From assembly GCA_013265495.1 (NCBI GenBank), contig MU057448.1, forward strand, positions 26,181 to 90,180: 64,000 nucleotides of DNA. Reading direction: 5' to 3'. The position numbers and the translations under genes were made by a program. Each line of letters opens with the position of its first letter. Position 1 is the first letter of the stretch. Positions 50,901-59,907 of the stretch are shown piece after piece. Origin of the DNA: Vicugna vicugna. Taxonomy: Eukaryota. Under the pieces are notes generated by a model, which did not search any database, was not told the DNA's origin, and saw only the letters and a list, made by a program, of their open reading frames with translations.

Positions 50901-52653
50901 CTGGGGTGCTAAGGGCCTGTGCCTTCCTGCCGCCCCTGCCCAGGTGCAGTCACCCAGCTCCCCCTGCTGGGTACTGGGTTCCTTCCTCCTCCAACCCATC
51001 CCCAGGCAGGCAGCCCGCCCCTGCCATCACTTCACTCCCCACAAGCCTTCACCTTCTGTAGGCTCTGAGCCTACCACCCACTCCCAGGCACTTCCTAATG
51101 GGAAGTTGTTCCTTCTGGGGTACAAGTGTGGCTGGGAGACAGAGCTCTGCCCTTTCTGTGAGCACTACCTCTAGCCTCTGGCCTTCGCTTTGGAGTTGTT
51201 TCCATGATAACAGGGCCTGATATATTGTATTCAGTATACATATTACTATAAATAAAACACCTGTAGCTAGAAAAGACCCTGTATTTCAAATATCTTGTAA
51301 ATAGAGTCAGTTGAGCTATACCTTGTTTATCGCCTCGATATTCACATTATAGTGGAGCAGCTTTGCTGCAATTGATGTATTTCCAGCCAAGGCAGCGTAA
51401 TGGAGAGCAGTGTTTTGACAGTCGTCCTCAAGATTTGGGTCAGCACCCTGTTTCAGCAGGATAGTGACACACGCTTCTTTCTGGCATTGTACAGCCTGTT
51501 GGTATCACACCAAGAAACAGACCATAAGTGCTAGGCATTCCAAGTTAACATTCCTCAAGTTCCAGCAGTTTTTTATATTTAAAACAGATAAATTCATTTT
51601 TATTCTAAGTAATTAAATCAAATCCATCTCACGTGGACACGGTTGGCTGCTACACACCTTGATGAGCGCTGTCTTGCCTTCCTTGTCATGAGCATTAGGA
51701 TCACACTTCCACTGGATAAGGAGAGCCACCACTGATGACTGGCCGCTAGTGCAGGCTAAGTGTAGGGCAGTCCTGCAAACATGAGAGGACTGTTTAGGGA
51801 ATTAGAGCATACTAGTTCAAAGATACAGTTACTCACATAATTGTAAACATTCAACAGCATGCTATTCCTACCCCTTTAAAACTAACATTTAGTCTTTTTA
51901 TCTTAGTTCTTTCTATGGGGAAAGAACAATATTTATTAGCTCTTATTACTCACCACATTAATGGAAGAACTACCTGTTTGAATAGAAAGAGCAAGCCATT
52001 GAGATTCAGCTCAACTTGGGTCTGATTTCTACTTTAACACTGTCACTTATTAGCTCTCACTTAGCCTGTCTGTGTCTCAATTTCCTCATCAACAAAATGG
52101 CATGAAGTAGTAATCTTACAGGACGCCACTGTGATGCTTAAATGAAAAGCTATGCAAAGTGTCTGGAAGTTCCTTGCACAAAGTAACAGCTCAATAATTG
52201 TTAGGTAATATTATAATTGTTACTGTTACTATTTTACAAAGGCACTTCAATTAAGTAAATTGATAGTATATCTACTTTGTTGCTGCAAGGATGAGAGAGA
52301 ACACTGTATTTCAATGATTCTAACATGCTCATTGTCTCACACTTCAACATCTCTGACATGGGAAGGCAATTTAAAATTCATGTCTTACAGCCATAGTTGG
52401 CAGCTCCTCCCAGGACCCCCCTGGCTCCGCCCCACTGCTGTTACCTTTTCCTCCTGTCTCTGCTGTCTACATTTTTCTCATGTGACAGCAACTCCTCCAC
52501 TTTATGCCTGTCACCTAAATATGCGGCTTTGTGGAACTCTGTATCACTCCTATGGACGTGACATGCAGGCACGGGGTGCTCACGACCCCTGCACTCTCTC
52601 TGATGGATGCTGGAGACCACCCAGCTCATGAACTTAACGAGTCTCCTCTTCAT
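8820..52653 (-). CDS. ANKRD26-like: ANKRD26-family paralogue (ankyrin repeat domain-containing protein 26-like), multi-exon; potentially coding (~1194 aa) or a transcribed pseudogene
   Basis: Over 20 exons with AG/GT borders and exon sizes typical of the family (115, 174, 107, 138, 171, 34, 142, 138, 153 nt). Translations match ANKRD26 motifs such as [37 protein letters not shown]...EASLEVT and AQAASQE. Confidence 0.8.
9190..9690 (-). mobile_element. LINE-2 3' fragment
   Basis: TTCATTCATTTACTCAGCAACCATGTGCTAAGGCACTGTG pattern typical of an antisense L2 3' end. Confidence 0.55.
10127..10170 (-). pseudogene. ANKRD26-like penultimate exon remnant ([10 protein letters not shown])
   Basis: Donor GAAG|GTATGT is intact, but the expected acceptor reads TTTGACTTAT instead of ...AG. 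The next AG gives AAG TTC GAT GAA TAA. Confidence 0.75.
14860..15076 (-). CDS. ANKRD26-like exon 21 ([24 protein letters not shown])
   Basis: cag|...ACG|gttagc, 217 nt, open, phases compatible. Confidence 0.85.
16667..16872 (-). CDS. ANKRD26-like exon 20 ([10 protein letters not shown]...[13 protein letters not shown])
   Basis: tag|GCA...TC|gtaagt, 206 nt, open. Confidence 0.9.
17453..17818 (-). CDS. ANKRD26-like exon 19, with an internal 75-nt duplication
   Basis: cag|AAT...CAG|gtgaag, 366 nt, open; contains [18 protein letters not shown] and EERAR..EKLKE. Confidence 0.9.
18650..20833 (+). mobile_element. MaLR (MLT1-type) element: LTR, internal region, LTR
   Basis: Two MLT1-like LTR 3' ends (~19080 and ~20830, e.g. 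AAGCCACTGAACTTTGGAGAGTTTGTTA) flank an internal segment starting AAAAATGGGGCACAGCCATTAAAAAAGAACCCAAAATGTGG. Confidence 0.6.
22130..23600 (+). mobile_element. Old LINE-1 (ORF2 3' part plus 3' UTR), decayed
   Basis: L1 ORF2 C-terminal motifs ([21 protein letters not shown]) and a 3' UTR ending TATATCTCAATAAAG. Confidence 0.85.
23436..23565 (-). mobile_element. tRNA-derived Vic-1-type SINE nested in L1
   Basis: Similar to the SINE at 4688 (GCTTAGCG anticodon arm, GGGTTTGATCCCC box B), flanked by ATA(T/C)GTGAATT. Confidence 0.8.
24167..24319 (-). CDS. ANKRD26-like exon 18 ([10 protein letters not shown]...EASLEVT)
   Basis: tag|GCC...CCA|gtatgt, 153 nt, phase 0/0, open. Confidence 0.9.
25752..26264 (-). 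CDS. ANKRD26-like exon 17, a 5'-truncated version of the large coiled-coil exon (cryptic acceptor inferred)
   Basis: Open frame [12 protein letters not shown]...[11 protein letters not shown]...NKELINEC and donor GAA|gtaagt. Homology starts ~26295. The best phase-0 acceptor is tttcacttacag|GAC. Confidence 0.75.
27710..27847 (-). CDS. ANKRD26-like exon 16 ([26 protein letters not shown])
   Basis: cag|GTT...GAG|gtattt, 138 nt, open. Confidence 0.9.
28067..28297 (-). mobile_element. 5'-truncated L1 3' end with target-site duplication
   Basis: L1 3' UTR in reverse, flanked by TGAAAGAAAA(C/T)TT at 28054 and 28298. The empty site is at 4365 in the paralogous copy. Confidence 0.85.
28695..28875 (-). 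CDS. ANKRD26-like exon 15 ([19 protein letters not shown])
   Basis: cag|A...CAG|gtaaat, 181 nt, open. Confidence 0.9.
30050..30260 (-). CDS. ANKRD26-like exon 14 ([10 protein letters not shown]...WGQELCSMR)
   Basis: tag|AT...AG|gtactg, 211 nt, open. Confidence 0.9.
30430..31950 (+). mobile_element. Decayed L1 ORF2 fragment with a nested MER58-like hAT MITE (~31275-31450)
   Basis: L1 RT-region motifs (AAATCAATGTT..ATTCATCACATTAACAAACT; AATGCTTTTCCC). MER58 motif GTAAATAAACTTTTACTGAAATACAGCCACATCCATT. Confidence 0.75.
32423..32564 (-). CDS. ANKRD26-like exon 13 ([24 protein letters not shown]...LIEQLG)
   Basis: tag|GTC...AAAG|gtagga, 142 nt, open. Confidence 0.9.
32845..32878 (-). CDS. ANKRD26-like exon 12 ([12 protein letters not shown])
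   Basis: ttttacag|G...AAG|gtatag, 34 nt. Confidence 0.85.
33596..34200 (+). mobile_element. L1 3' end (ORF2 tail plus 3' UTR)
   Basis: CCATTTGCAGCAACATGGATG and TAAGTGAAGTAAGCCAGAAAGAG motifs, AATAAA and A-rich tail. Confidence 0.9.
35238..35408 (-). CDS. ANKRD26-like exon 11 (LHMKKV...[17 protein letters not shown])
   Basis: aag|TAG (NAGNAG)...CAG|gtaaaa, 171 nt, open. Confidence 0.85.
35896..36047 (-). CDS. ANKRD26-like exon 10 ([11 protein letters not shown]...[12 protein letters not shown])
   Basis: aag|GTT...AG|gtaagc, 152 nt, open. Confidence 0.9.
37772..38440 (-). pseudogene. Disabled CCDC144-type exon inside the ANKRD26-like gene
   Basis: [30 protein letters not shown]...[21 protein letters not shown] resembles CCDC144. 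In-frame TGA at 38229-38231 and 38073-38075, and a frameshift before the GAG|gtagag donor. The 5' boundary is uncertain. Confidence 0.75.
40997..41066 (-). CDS. ANKRD26-like exon 9 ([24 protein letters not shown])
   Basis: aag|T...AAG|gtaaag, 70 nt; matches ANKRD26 DDSWPTSDDEDL. Confidence 0.8.
41438..41477 (-). CDS. ANKRD26-like exon 8 (micro-exon [13 protein letters not shown])
   Basis: ttttctttaatag|CAG...CAG|gtagga, 40 nt (37 with the NAGNAG alternative), phase 1/2. Confidence 0.7.
41850..42045 (+). mobile_element. MER58-like hAT MITE
   Basis: GCCTAAAATATTGACTCTTTGGCCCTTTATAGAAAAAGCCTGTTCATCCCTG terminal motif. Confidence 0.65.
42089..42238 (-). CDS. ANKRD26-like exon 7 ([18 protein letters not shown]...LKNVEQK)
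   Basis: tctctttttgcag|CT...A|gtatga, 150 nt, open, phase 1/1. Confidence 0.6.
42270..42640 (+). mobile_element. MLT1-type solo LTR
   Basis: GATGCTTGGAGCTGCTGC, GGTCCTGATGACATC and TATTTGCAGCTGAAAGCATTCTGAC motifs. Confidence 0.6.
44309..44391 (-). CDS. ANKRD26-like exon 6 ([23 protein letters not shown] + GQSS), donor shifted 12 nt
   Basis: tag|C acceptor. The expected donor after 44321 reads GACAGA, and an in-phase G|gtaata follows at 44309. Confidence 0.7.
45855..45992 (-). CDS. ANKRD26-like exon 5, ankyrin repeat ([37 protein letters not shown])
   Basis: ttttag|A...CA|gtaagt, 138 nt, open. Confidence 0.9.
47300..47406 (-). CDS. ANKRD26-like exon 4, ankyrin repeat ([33 protein letters not shown])
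   Basis: tttacag|TAT...AG|gtacaa, 107 nt, open. Confidence 0.92.
48443..48857 (+). mobile_element. Short L1 3' fragment (48540-48760) between 96-bp direct repeats
   Basis: Repeats at 48443-48538 and 48762-48857. The insert has CAACATGGGGAATAGAGCCAATA and ACTATACCTCAAT L1 3' motifs. Confidence 0.75.
48946..50127 (+). mobile_element. L1 3' end carrying an internal minisatellite
   Basis: ATGGAATACAACTCAGCCATAAAAAAAGAATGAAATAATGCCATTTGCAGCAACATGG through poly-A, flanked by CTG(C/T)CATCTTG. Confidence 0.9.
49360..50062 (+). repeat. AT-rich minisatellite, unit about TATATAACTGAATAAGAA with variable (TA)n
   Basis: Directly visible tandem units; they generate the spurious IY/FS-rich ORFs. Confidence 0.95.
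51322..51495 (-). CDS. ANKRD26-like exon 3, ankyrin repeats ([35 protein letters not shown])
   Basis: aacag|GCT...AAG|gtatag, 174 nt, open. Confidence 0.93.
51658..51772 (-). CDS. ANKRD26-like exon 2 ([39 protein letters not shown])
   Basis: tttgcag|G...AAG|gtgtgt, 115 nt, open. Confidence 0.93.
52000..52205 (+). mobile_element. MIR SINE
   Basis: TCTGTGTCTCAATTTCCTCATCAACAAAATGG core and GCTCAATAATTGTTAG 3' end. Confidence 0.7.
52445..52653 (-). CDS. ANKRD26-like first coding exon (MKRRLVKF...[33 protein letters not shown])
   Basis: ATG at 52653, donor AG|gtaaca, phase 2. Matches ANKRD26 YHVRDRDLGKIHKAASAGNVAKVQQIL. Confidence 0.85.
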
Positions 52654-52806
52654 CTGGCTTATCGCCTTCCGACACCGCTCACTTCCCTCCTGGCCTCTTG
52701 CCACCTCCCGATCTCAGTGCTGGCACTGCAGAAGAGCCACAGAGGTCTTGCTGCCACACCTTGGCTGCGAAGCTCAGCGGCTTGGAATGTTTTGTCCAGA
52801 ACACTT

Positions 52807-52919
52807 GTAGCCTAGCAACAGCACTGACCCTCAACTGTCCCTCAACTGTCCCTCCAGAGCCAGTGTCCTTGTGAGTGCACACAGAGGCCCGGAGGCCCAG
52901 TGTGCCCGGTGCGCACGTG
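52807..52919 (-). promoter_or_regulatory. Putative proximal promoter: RFX X-box, two MYB-type sites, E-box
   Basis: GTAGCCTAGCAAC at 52807-52819, CAACTG at 52832 and 52843, CACGTG at 52914. All lie 150-270 bp upstream of the ATG. Motifs only. Confidence 0.45.
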
Positions 52920-54411
52920 GGAGCATAACGCATTTCAAATCTCTGCAATTGCTTGTGGGCCATTTTGGATTCCCTTCAAATGTTGGTGCTCGGTGGCTGA
53001 GTGTTTTGGGACATTTCTGGAAGTGAGGCTTGCCCCTGAGAAAGTCATGTTTGTATGCAACTGCGGTTAGAGTGGGGTGGAACCACAGGATGCTGAAGGC
53101 CTAGTCCCCCAGAGAGCTCCCCACCAAAAATCTCTACATCTCCTTATCCCTCAGTTTATTCCTTTCCCCATCCCTCTGGGCCCCAGCCAGCCTCCAGGGA
53201 ATTTAGCAGATGCAAACAGCAGAAAGCTGTTTTCATGGTTTCAGAGACTGTGGCAATGTGTATCATTAAGTACAAACTTGAGAAACCAATACACACTCTC
53301 CAGATGAAATGAAAATGTGTTCCTGTATGTCTGCTGACCCTGCTCTGTGGCTCAGCCTTATGTTTACACACTTTCTTCACTTTATTTTATTTTTTGCTTT
53401 AATTTCCACCAATTAAATCTTTAATCAATCCAAGGTTTATTTGGGAGCATGGTATAATATTTGAGAGCTTTTTAATCACGTAACTATGAAAACACCACGT
53501 CAGTTACTCAGCGAGGCCACGCTGCTGGCTGACCACTTGCAGGAGGGGTGGAAGGCAGGGCAGGTCTCTTCTTCCTGCCTAACTCCATCCTTCCTTCCTC
53601 AGCTGGCTAATTATGGCTTCTGGCCCTGCCAGGATCAAAACTGCAGGGGGCGGTAGAGTTCCTAAGGGGCTGACACTCCTGGGAGCTGGTCTTGAGTGGA
53701 CTGGACCTGGCAAGTGTTTTGAAGCTGACTCTCTCAGGAGCATTTCTGTGCCCATACCTGCCCTCACCTGCAATTCCCCTGACCTAAGTGAATGTGGTGT
53801 TACTAATTTACCCTTTTAACCTATCTTTTCTATTAGCATACACTGTTATTTCCCTTATCTTAAAAAACAAAGATGTATTCACCCTCCAGCTGCGGCCCCA
53901 TCTCTCTGCCCTCTGGCACTGCCCCTGCAAAGGAGCTGTTCCCATTTGCTTCCTCTGATTCCTTTCATTTTCCATCCAAGCAAGCATGTCCACTGACTGC
54001 AACTGCTCACGACAGGGTCCCCCACCACCCACCAGGTGCTGACTCCACGGGCAGCTCTCAGCCCTCTCCTCGCACAGCCCGGCAGCCACGCTTCCCACCG
54101 CTGCTCTCCCTGACTTCCTCAAGCCCTTTCCTCACGGGGCTTCCCGGGTCTCAGGCTACTCTGGTTTCCTCCCACGGCCCTGGCCAGTCTTCTCAGTCCC
54201 AGTCCCTGAGTGCTGGCACACAGCACCCCGAGGCTCAGTCTTCTGGCCTCTGCTACTGTCTGCTGCCGCCCACATCAGCCTTAGGGCTTTATGTATTATC
54301 TACAAGTTCATAACTTCCAAACTGCTATTTCCAAACCAGACCTCCCTCCTGTATTCCAGACTCAAATACCCATTGCCTCTCAACGTCATCTCTTCGAAGT
54401 TTAATAGGACT

Positions 54412-54871
54412 TCTCCTGGGCCTGCCCTCTCCTGTTCCTGAATTTTCCTGGGTCTGCCCTCACCTGAGCCTGCCCTCACCTGGGCCTGCCCTCACCTGAT
54501 TCTGACCTTTCCTGGGCCAACCCTCTCCTGGGTTTGCTCTCTCATGTTCCTGCCCTCACCAGGGTCTGCCCTCTCATGGACCTGCCCTTTCCTGTGCCTG
54601 TCGTCAACTGTGCCTGAACACACCTGGTCCTGCCCTTTGACTTGCCCTCTCCTGGGCCTGCCCTCACCTGGTCCTTCCCGCTCCTTGTCCTGCCCTCTCC
54701 TGGTCCTGCCCACTATCTACTGGGCCTCCCCTCACCTGGGCCTGCCCTCTCCTGGGCCTCCCCTCTCATGGGGCTGTACTGTCCTGGCCTACCCTCACCT
54801 GGGCCTCTCATGTCCTTTGCCTGCCCTCCCCTGGGCCTACCCTCTCCTCATCTTGCCCTCTCTCTCCTGGG
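54412..54871 (+). repeat. C-rich tandem array, ~16 bp unit TGGGCCTGCCCTC(T/A)CC
   Basis: Directly visible degenerate tandem copies. Confidence 0.9.
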
Positions 54872-55258
54872 GAAGTAAGCCAGAAAGAGAAAGAAAAATA
54901 CCATATAAGATCGCTCATATGTGGGATCTTAAAAAAACAAAAACAAATATAAATACAAAACAGTAACAGACTCATAGTCATAGAATACAAACTTGTGGTT
55001 GCCAAGGGGGTGGGGGATGGGAAAGGACAGACTGGGAGTTTGAAATTTGCAGATACTGACAAGTATATGCAGAACAGGTAAACAAGATTATACTGTATGG
55101 CACAGGGAAATATATACAAGATCTTATGGTAGCTCAGAACGAAAAAGAATGTGACAATGAATATATGTATGTTCATGTGTAAATGAAATATTGTGCTCTA
55201 CACTGGAAGTTGATACATTTTAAACTGACTATAACTCAATAAAAAATGTTTAAAAAAA
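54872..55258 (+). mobile_element. L1 3' end
   Basis: Same family as 33596-34200 (GAAGTAAGCCAGAAAGAGAAAG...CTCAATAAAAAATGTTTAAAA). Confidence 0.9.
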
Positions 55259-56344
55259 GGTGCTCTATTCAGAGCTATGGTTACATGCTGATCTTTTAGG
55301 GACAGAGACTAGGTTGGAACCTAAATGTACAGACTGGTAGACAAAGGGATTACAAATACTCTGACCACTTCTTGTTGAATGAAACAGAGAAGTCAAGACC
55401 TCATTTCAAAAGTGCCTAGTTGGTGAGAAGGCCCACCGCAGGGCAGGAGAAGGGAAGAAACCTCCTTAACAAAGGTCCCAGATGAGAAAACGGCTCAGTG
55501 ACACTCACTCAGCCCTGAGGGCCTTCAGCCTGAATGTGAACATGGGGAACCCGGGCAGAAGTAGGCGCGAGGCCTCCCCTCACCTGCGCAAGGTGAAGGC
55601 AGCTTTAGCACCCCTCCCTCACCACCCACCTGTCCAGCCTTCCTCACTGAGTCACAACGGAAATGGGTGGAAAGGATTTCAGCCTCATGTGTTTGGCCCT
55701 GGGTGGGGCGGGAATCCCTTTCCATCTGAGTGGAGGGCCATGACATCCCCGGAATAGGGTGCGTCTGGAATCAGCTGCTCCAAGTGCCCCTTGTGGGTGT
55801 TTCCTGGCACCACAATCTAGAGGGGAGGACCTGACAAATTCTGACGACAACCCAAGAGCTTACTGAGTATTTTATTAGTCAGCATTATAACGTTTATAGT
55901 AAAGGGCTGAGCCCAGACACAGCAGAAGTCAACCTCTGTGCTACCTCGTGAGAGCTGCCCAGGCCACAGCACTGAATGTAATTTACCCTCATGAATTCCC
56001 TCTCCATTAAATGTGAGCTCACACTTGACCCTTAGCAACTTCAACAACCTCCCATTTAGGTTCCTGGGGAAGGTTCTCACATACAACATCCAGGGCTTAT
56101 GACAGTGACCCCAAAGCATCCCAAATGTTAGAGACATGTACACCTAAGATACACTTCTTGGGGAGAGACCTCTCTATTAAAACAGCTACTCCAGGCAGTG
56201 GATAAGAGCAGTGTTCTCTGAATACGTCCTGCCACACACAGGATGCAAGTCAACATTCGGACAGCCTCAAGTTGTGTTTACCTTTGTTCATGGTCCCTGC
56301 TTCTTTTTGTAAAGTCTTGTAAGTTTACTTTCCCTCAGATGTTC

Positions 56345-56634
56345 TTTTTTTTTTTAACATTTTTATTGATTTATAATCATTTTACAATGTTGTGTCAAAT
56401 TCCAGTGTTCAGCACAATTTTTCAGTCATTCATGGACATATACACACTCATTGTCACATTTTTTTCTCTGTGATTTATCATAACATTTTGTGTATATTTC
56501 CCTGTGCTATACAGTGTAATCTTGTTTATCTATTCTACAATTTTGAAATCCCAGTCTATCCCTTCCCACCCTCTACCCCCCTGGTAACCACAAGTCTGTA
56601 TTCTCTGTCTATGAGTCTATTTCTGTCCTGTATT
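56345..56634 (-). mobile_element. L1 3' end, reverse orientation
   Basis: Poly-T followed by the reverse complement of the same L1 3' UTR. Confidence 0.85.
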
Positions 56635-57151
56635 ACTCTTCCTACTCAAATTAGTCATTTCTGCTCTCTGTATTATTAATCTACTTAGAGAATGGAATAG
56701 TACTAAGATAGATTAGCAATCTGTTAAGAGCCAATGAAGGCAAACTTTCAGGTAGGCTCCTAACAAAGACGTGTGTGTTACAATGAAAGCCCATACTGAC
56801 AGGGTCTATGAATGATTTGGATTTACTACTGGGTTTTTTTTTAACTCACATATAGCTAATTTGCATTTTCCCCAAATTCATTTTTGCTTACTAACCCTAC
56901 AGTTGATACCCTTACAATTTAATTCATCAAAAGCAATCACTTAAGCGTTGTACGTGGGCATGTTTGTGGCCTGTGTTCTCACAGGCTGCCAAGTATGACA
57001 CAAACATGAGACTAAGTTCATCAGGAAATGAGTGTGCATGTGACCCAGGGCCACACCAACTCATCTACAGCCCTGTGCCACAACCACAGCAGGAGGCGCT
57101 GTAAAATCTACAAAATTCTTCTGCCAGTTCTGAGCTGACAACAGTACTTAC

Positions 57152-59907
57152 AGGTTCTGGGGGCCTTGTGCCAGCCAGGGGAGTGCACACAATGCGGTGC
57201 TGTGGCACCAGCCAGGGACGTGATCCAGCCAACATCCCGGCTGTTTGGTGGACTGTATACTTGGACATTTCTGGCCAGTCCTCTCATTGCTGAGAAAAGA
57301 AAAGGCAACACATATTTCTTACGTCTATTTACACATGTCAAGCTATCACCTACCCCAAACTTCTGCCCTGTAGTAGGAGAAATACTGATTTCCTTAAACT
57401 TTGAATTATCTACACACAAAAGCAGATGAAAACTCTCCAAATACAAATTTAGCCAAACTTAGCCAACTAGGGCCTTGGTCTCTATGGAAGCTAAGTTGGT
57501 GCCAATAAAAACAAGGTAGTAAAGGCAGTAGTACTGGGCTGGCCATAAAAGAACAAGGGACAAGGGCAAGAAATCAGAAAATAAGCTTCAGTTTTCCGGC
57601 ACAGGTCATGGAGAGAGAGACAAGAGGATTCTATCATATGTGCCTCTAAATGAGAACTGACAACACCAAGAACGCCCATCTAATCCGGGCAGCTAGGTTA
57701 GCCGGTTTCAATCATTCATTTCTTCTCATTCAACAGACAGACACTGAATGTCTTCTGTGATTCAAAGAAAAGGCAAAAAGGGAGAAATTAAAGATACACT
57801 CAGTTCTCAATTAACTGCCCAAATAGGGACTTAGAAAGACATGCAAATTAAATCCATGTATTAACCCCAAACTCCAGTTTAGCCAATAACATCATTTTTC
57901 TAGACTACTAATCTTTTGCCAAAAGAAGTCATCCACACTTGCTTTCTTTTAGCCATCAGCATGTATATTTTTAAGCCAAAAAAAAAAATTTAGAGGTATG
58001 CACCAAAGCCTTTAAACAATACTACAAAGAATTGTAAAACCACTCTAAACTGGTTTCTCAACATGTTAACAGCAAATGAAAGCACACAGATTTTCAACGC
58101 CAAAAGTACTTCATCAGCAAATAGAGAAATGTGCTATCAGGTAATGTGACCAATATATTTCAACAACTGACACTGAAAGCCAGTGACAAAACACTGCTTC
58201 ACTCAAATTTATCAAGCACAAAGCAAAACCCATTAACTTTTGTCAGTCAAAGAGAATACTGATAACTGTATACACACTTATATATCCTAAGGTTATCATT
58301 TCAGAAGAACGTCATTACACATTTTTTATTTCATACACTAAAATATTAACTGATGAGAGCTGGGAGGTAAACTATGGGCAATTGTTATATTTTTCTCCCA
58401 TCATTTTGAATGTCCCAAATTTTCTTTAACAGGCCTATATGGCCTTTATACTGAAAAGCAAAATGCATCATGAAAAAAGTAAATTTTTCTGCCTTCTTAC
58501 TTCCATGTCCTCCCAGTGTCTGCTGGACGCCCTCCATCACCCTCAGGATAAGTGGGAACCACTGTAACGGTGTATGGGGTATCTGGCTGCAGATTCCTAA
58601 GAATGGCATCATTCGGATTCCCAGGGATTGACACCTATAGATTTTAATAAAATGTAAAGTACTTGATTTGAAAGACTTGTACAAGAAATAATACTTCAAC
58701 CAATAAAATACTCAAAACATTAACACAAGACCAAGTCAAGAAGCAGGTTCTGTAATATTGGGACCCAAGGATGTGCCCCCATACAAACTGTTGTTAAGAG
58801 TCAATGAAGACTTCTGTGCACACGACCTAGCTCCTTCTTGAAAGGTCCCTGGAATGATTCGATCCCCCAGCCCCAATACCCCAAAGCCCCTGTCACCCAG
58901 GCTCTAAGACCCCAAAAACTACACTCCGTCAAGTTCTACTGAAGGAACATGAACTTATTCAGCGCTGTGGTAAGTTGCCTAACTCTTGATCTCCACTTTG
59001 TAATCTACAGCTGAAACTAACACACACTTTTCCCTACAGGGAATACTGACCAGCTCCTCCAGACCACCTGCTGTTAGTGCATAGAAAGGCTTGCACCAAC
59101 GAGGATTTCCCTCTGCATGGTCCCAGCAAACGTTCAAAGTGCTGGTGGCAGGGTCATACACTCTGAGGTTCCTCATGGTATTCAAAGGTTCTGAAATGCA
59201 CAGAAAGCACATCACGTGTGACCCTAACAAATCAGCACACACGAAGCCCAGGTTTACTGAGGGGTCCCAGGAATCCTAGAACACAGCAGGACCGCTGTAG
59301 TAGGCACCCCCCAAATACCTGCTAAAGTAGTAAATAGAGGAAAAAAGGTCTGTGATCATCTTGTACGTGTCTCATCCCTCCACAAGGTATTTTGGCCCCA
59401 GAGCATAGTTTGTTTTCCATCTGTGTTATCCTAAAAAGCAATAAACACCTTTCTCCAAGACCAGAGACAGATAAGACCACTAAGGATATTAAAAATCAAT
59501 TAACATCTTGGGTGGAGGGTATAGCTCAGGGGTAGAGAGTATGCTTAGCATGCACGAGGTCTTGGGTTCAATACCCAGTACCTCCATTAAAAAATTAAGA
59601 AAACCTTATTGCCACTCTCCCAAAAAGACAAAACAAACAAAAACAATGGAGAGCATTATTAACATGCATTTTAAAAGATTAGCAAAACTCTATGTCACCC
59701 CAGTGTTTCCAATGGAAGATGTGATTCCATCCCCATGATAGTTACTAAAAAAGCCACAGGAGTCCAGGTTCACTTACTGGTCTTGCGTCTTCCCATCACG
59801 TGACATCCACTCACATCAGGATACAGGGAGGACAGGGTGATGGTGTAAAGAGTGTTGGGCTTCAGCTTCTGCAGGACCACACGATTCTGTTGTCCACCTA
59901 TCCTGGT
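57152..59907 (-). pseudogene. COL12A1: Unprocessed COL12A1 (collagen XII alpha 1) fragment: four FN3 exons at 59778-59907, 59051-59190, 58505-58634 and 57152-57289
   Basis: Translations [31 protein letters not shown] / [30 protein letters not shown] / [36 protein letters not shown] / MRGLARNVQVYSP..RIVCTPLAGTRPPEP follow consecutive COL12A1 FN3 exons. The third donor is GG not GT, and the fourth exon is frameshifted. Confidence 0.88.
59510..59645 (+). mobile_element. tRNA-Ala-derived Vic-1-type SINE
   Basis: GGGTATAGCTCAGGGGTAGAG..GCTTAGCATGCACGAGGTCTTGGGTTCAATACCCAGTACCTCCA plus an A-rich tail. Confidence 0.85.

Noticed and set aside
8820..52653. Calling this the canonical ANKRD26 orthologue
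   Set aside because: High divergence, missing exons, an extra ankyrin exon, a dead C-terminus and duplicon-like flanks point to a paralogue; synteny cannot be checked within this window.
54492..55176. Pro/Leu-rich ORFs of 73-140 aa
   Set aside because: They derive from the 16-bp tandem repeat and the adjacent L1 3' end.
59513..59586. tRNA-Ala(AGC) gene
   Set aside because: It continues into a SINE body and A-rich tail, stems are mismatched, and two similar dispersed copies occur in the window.
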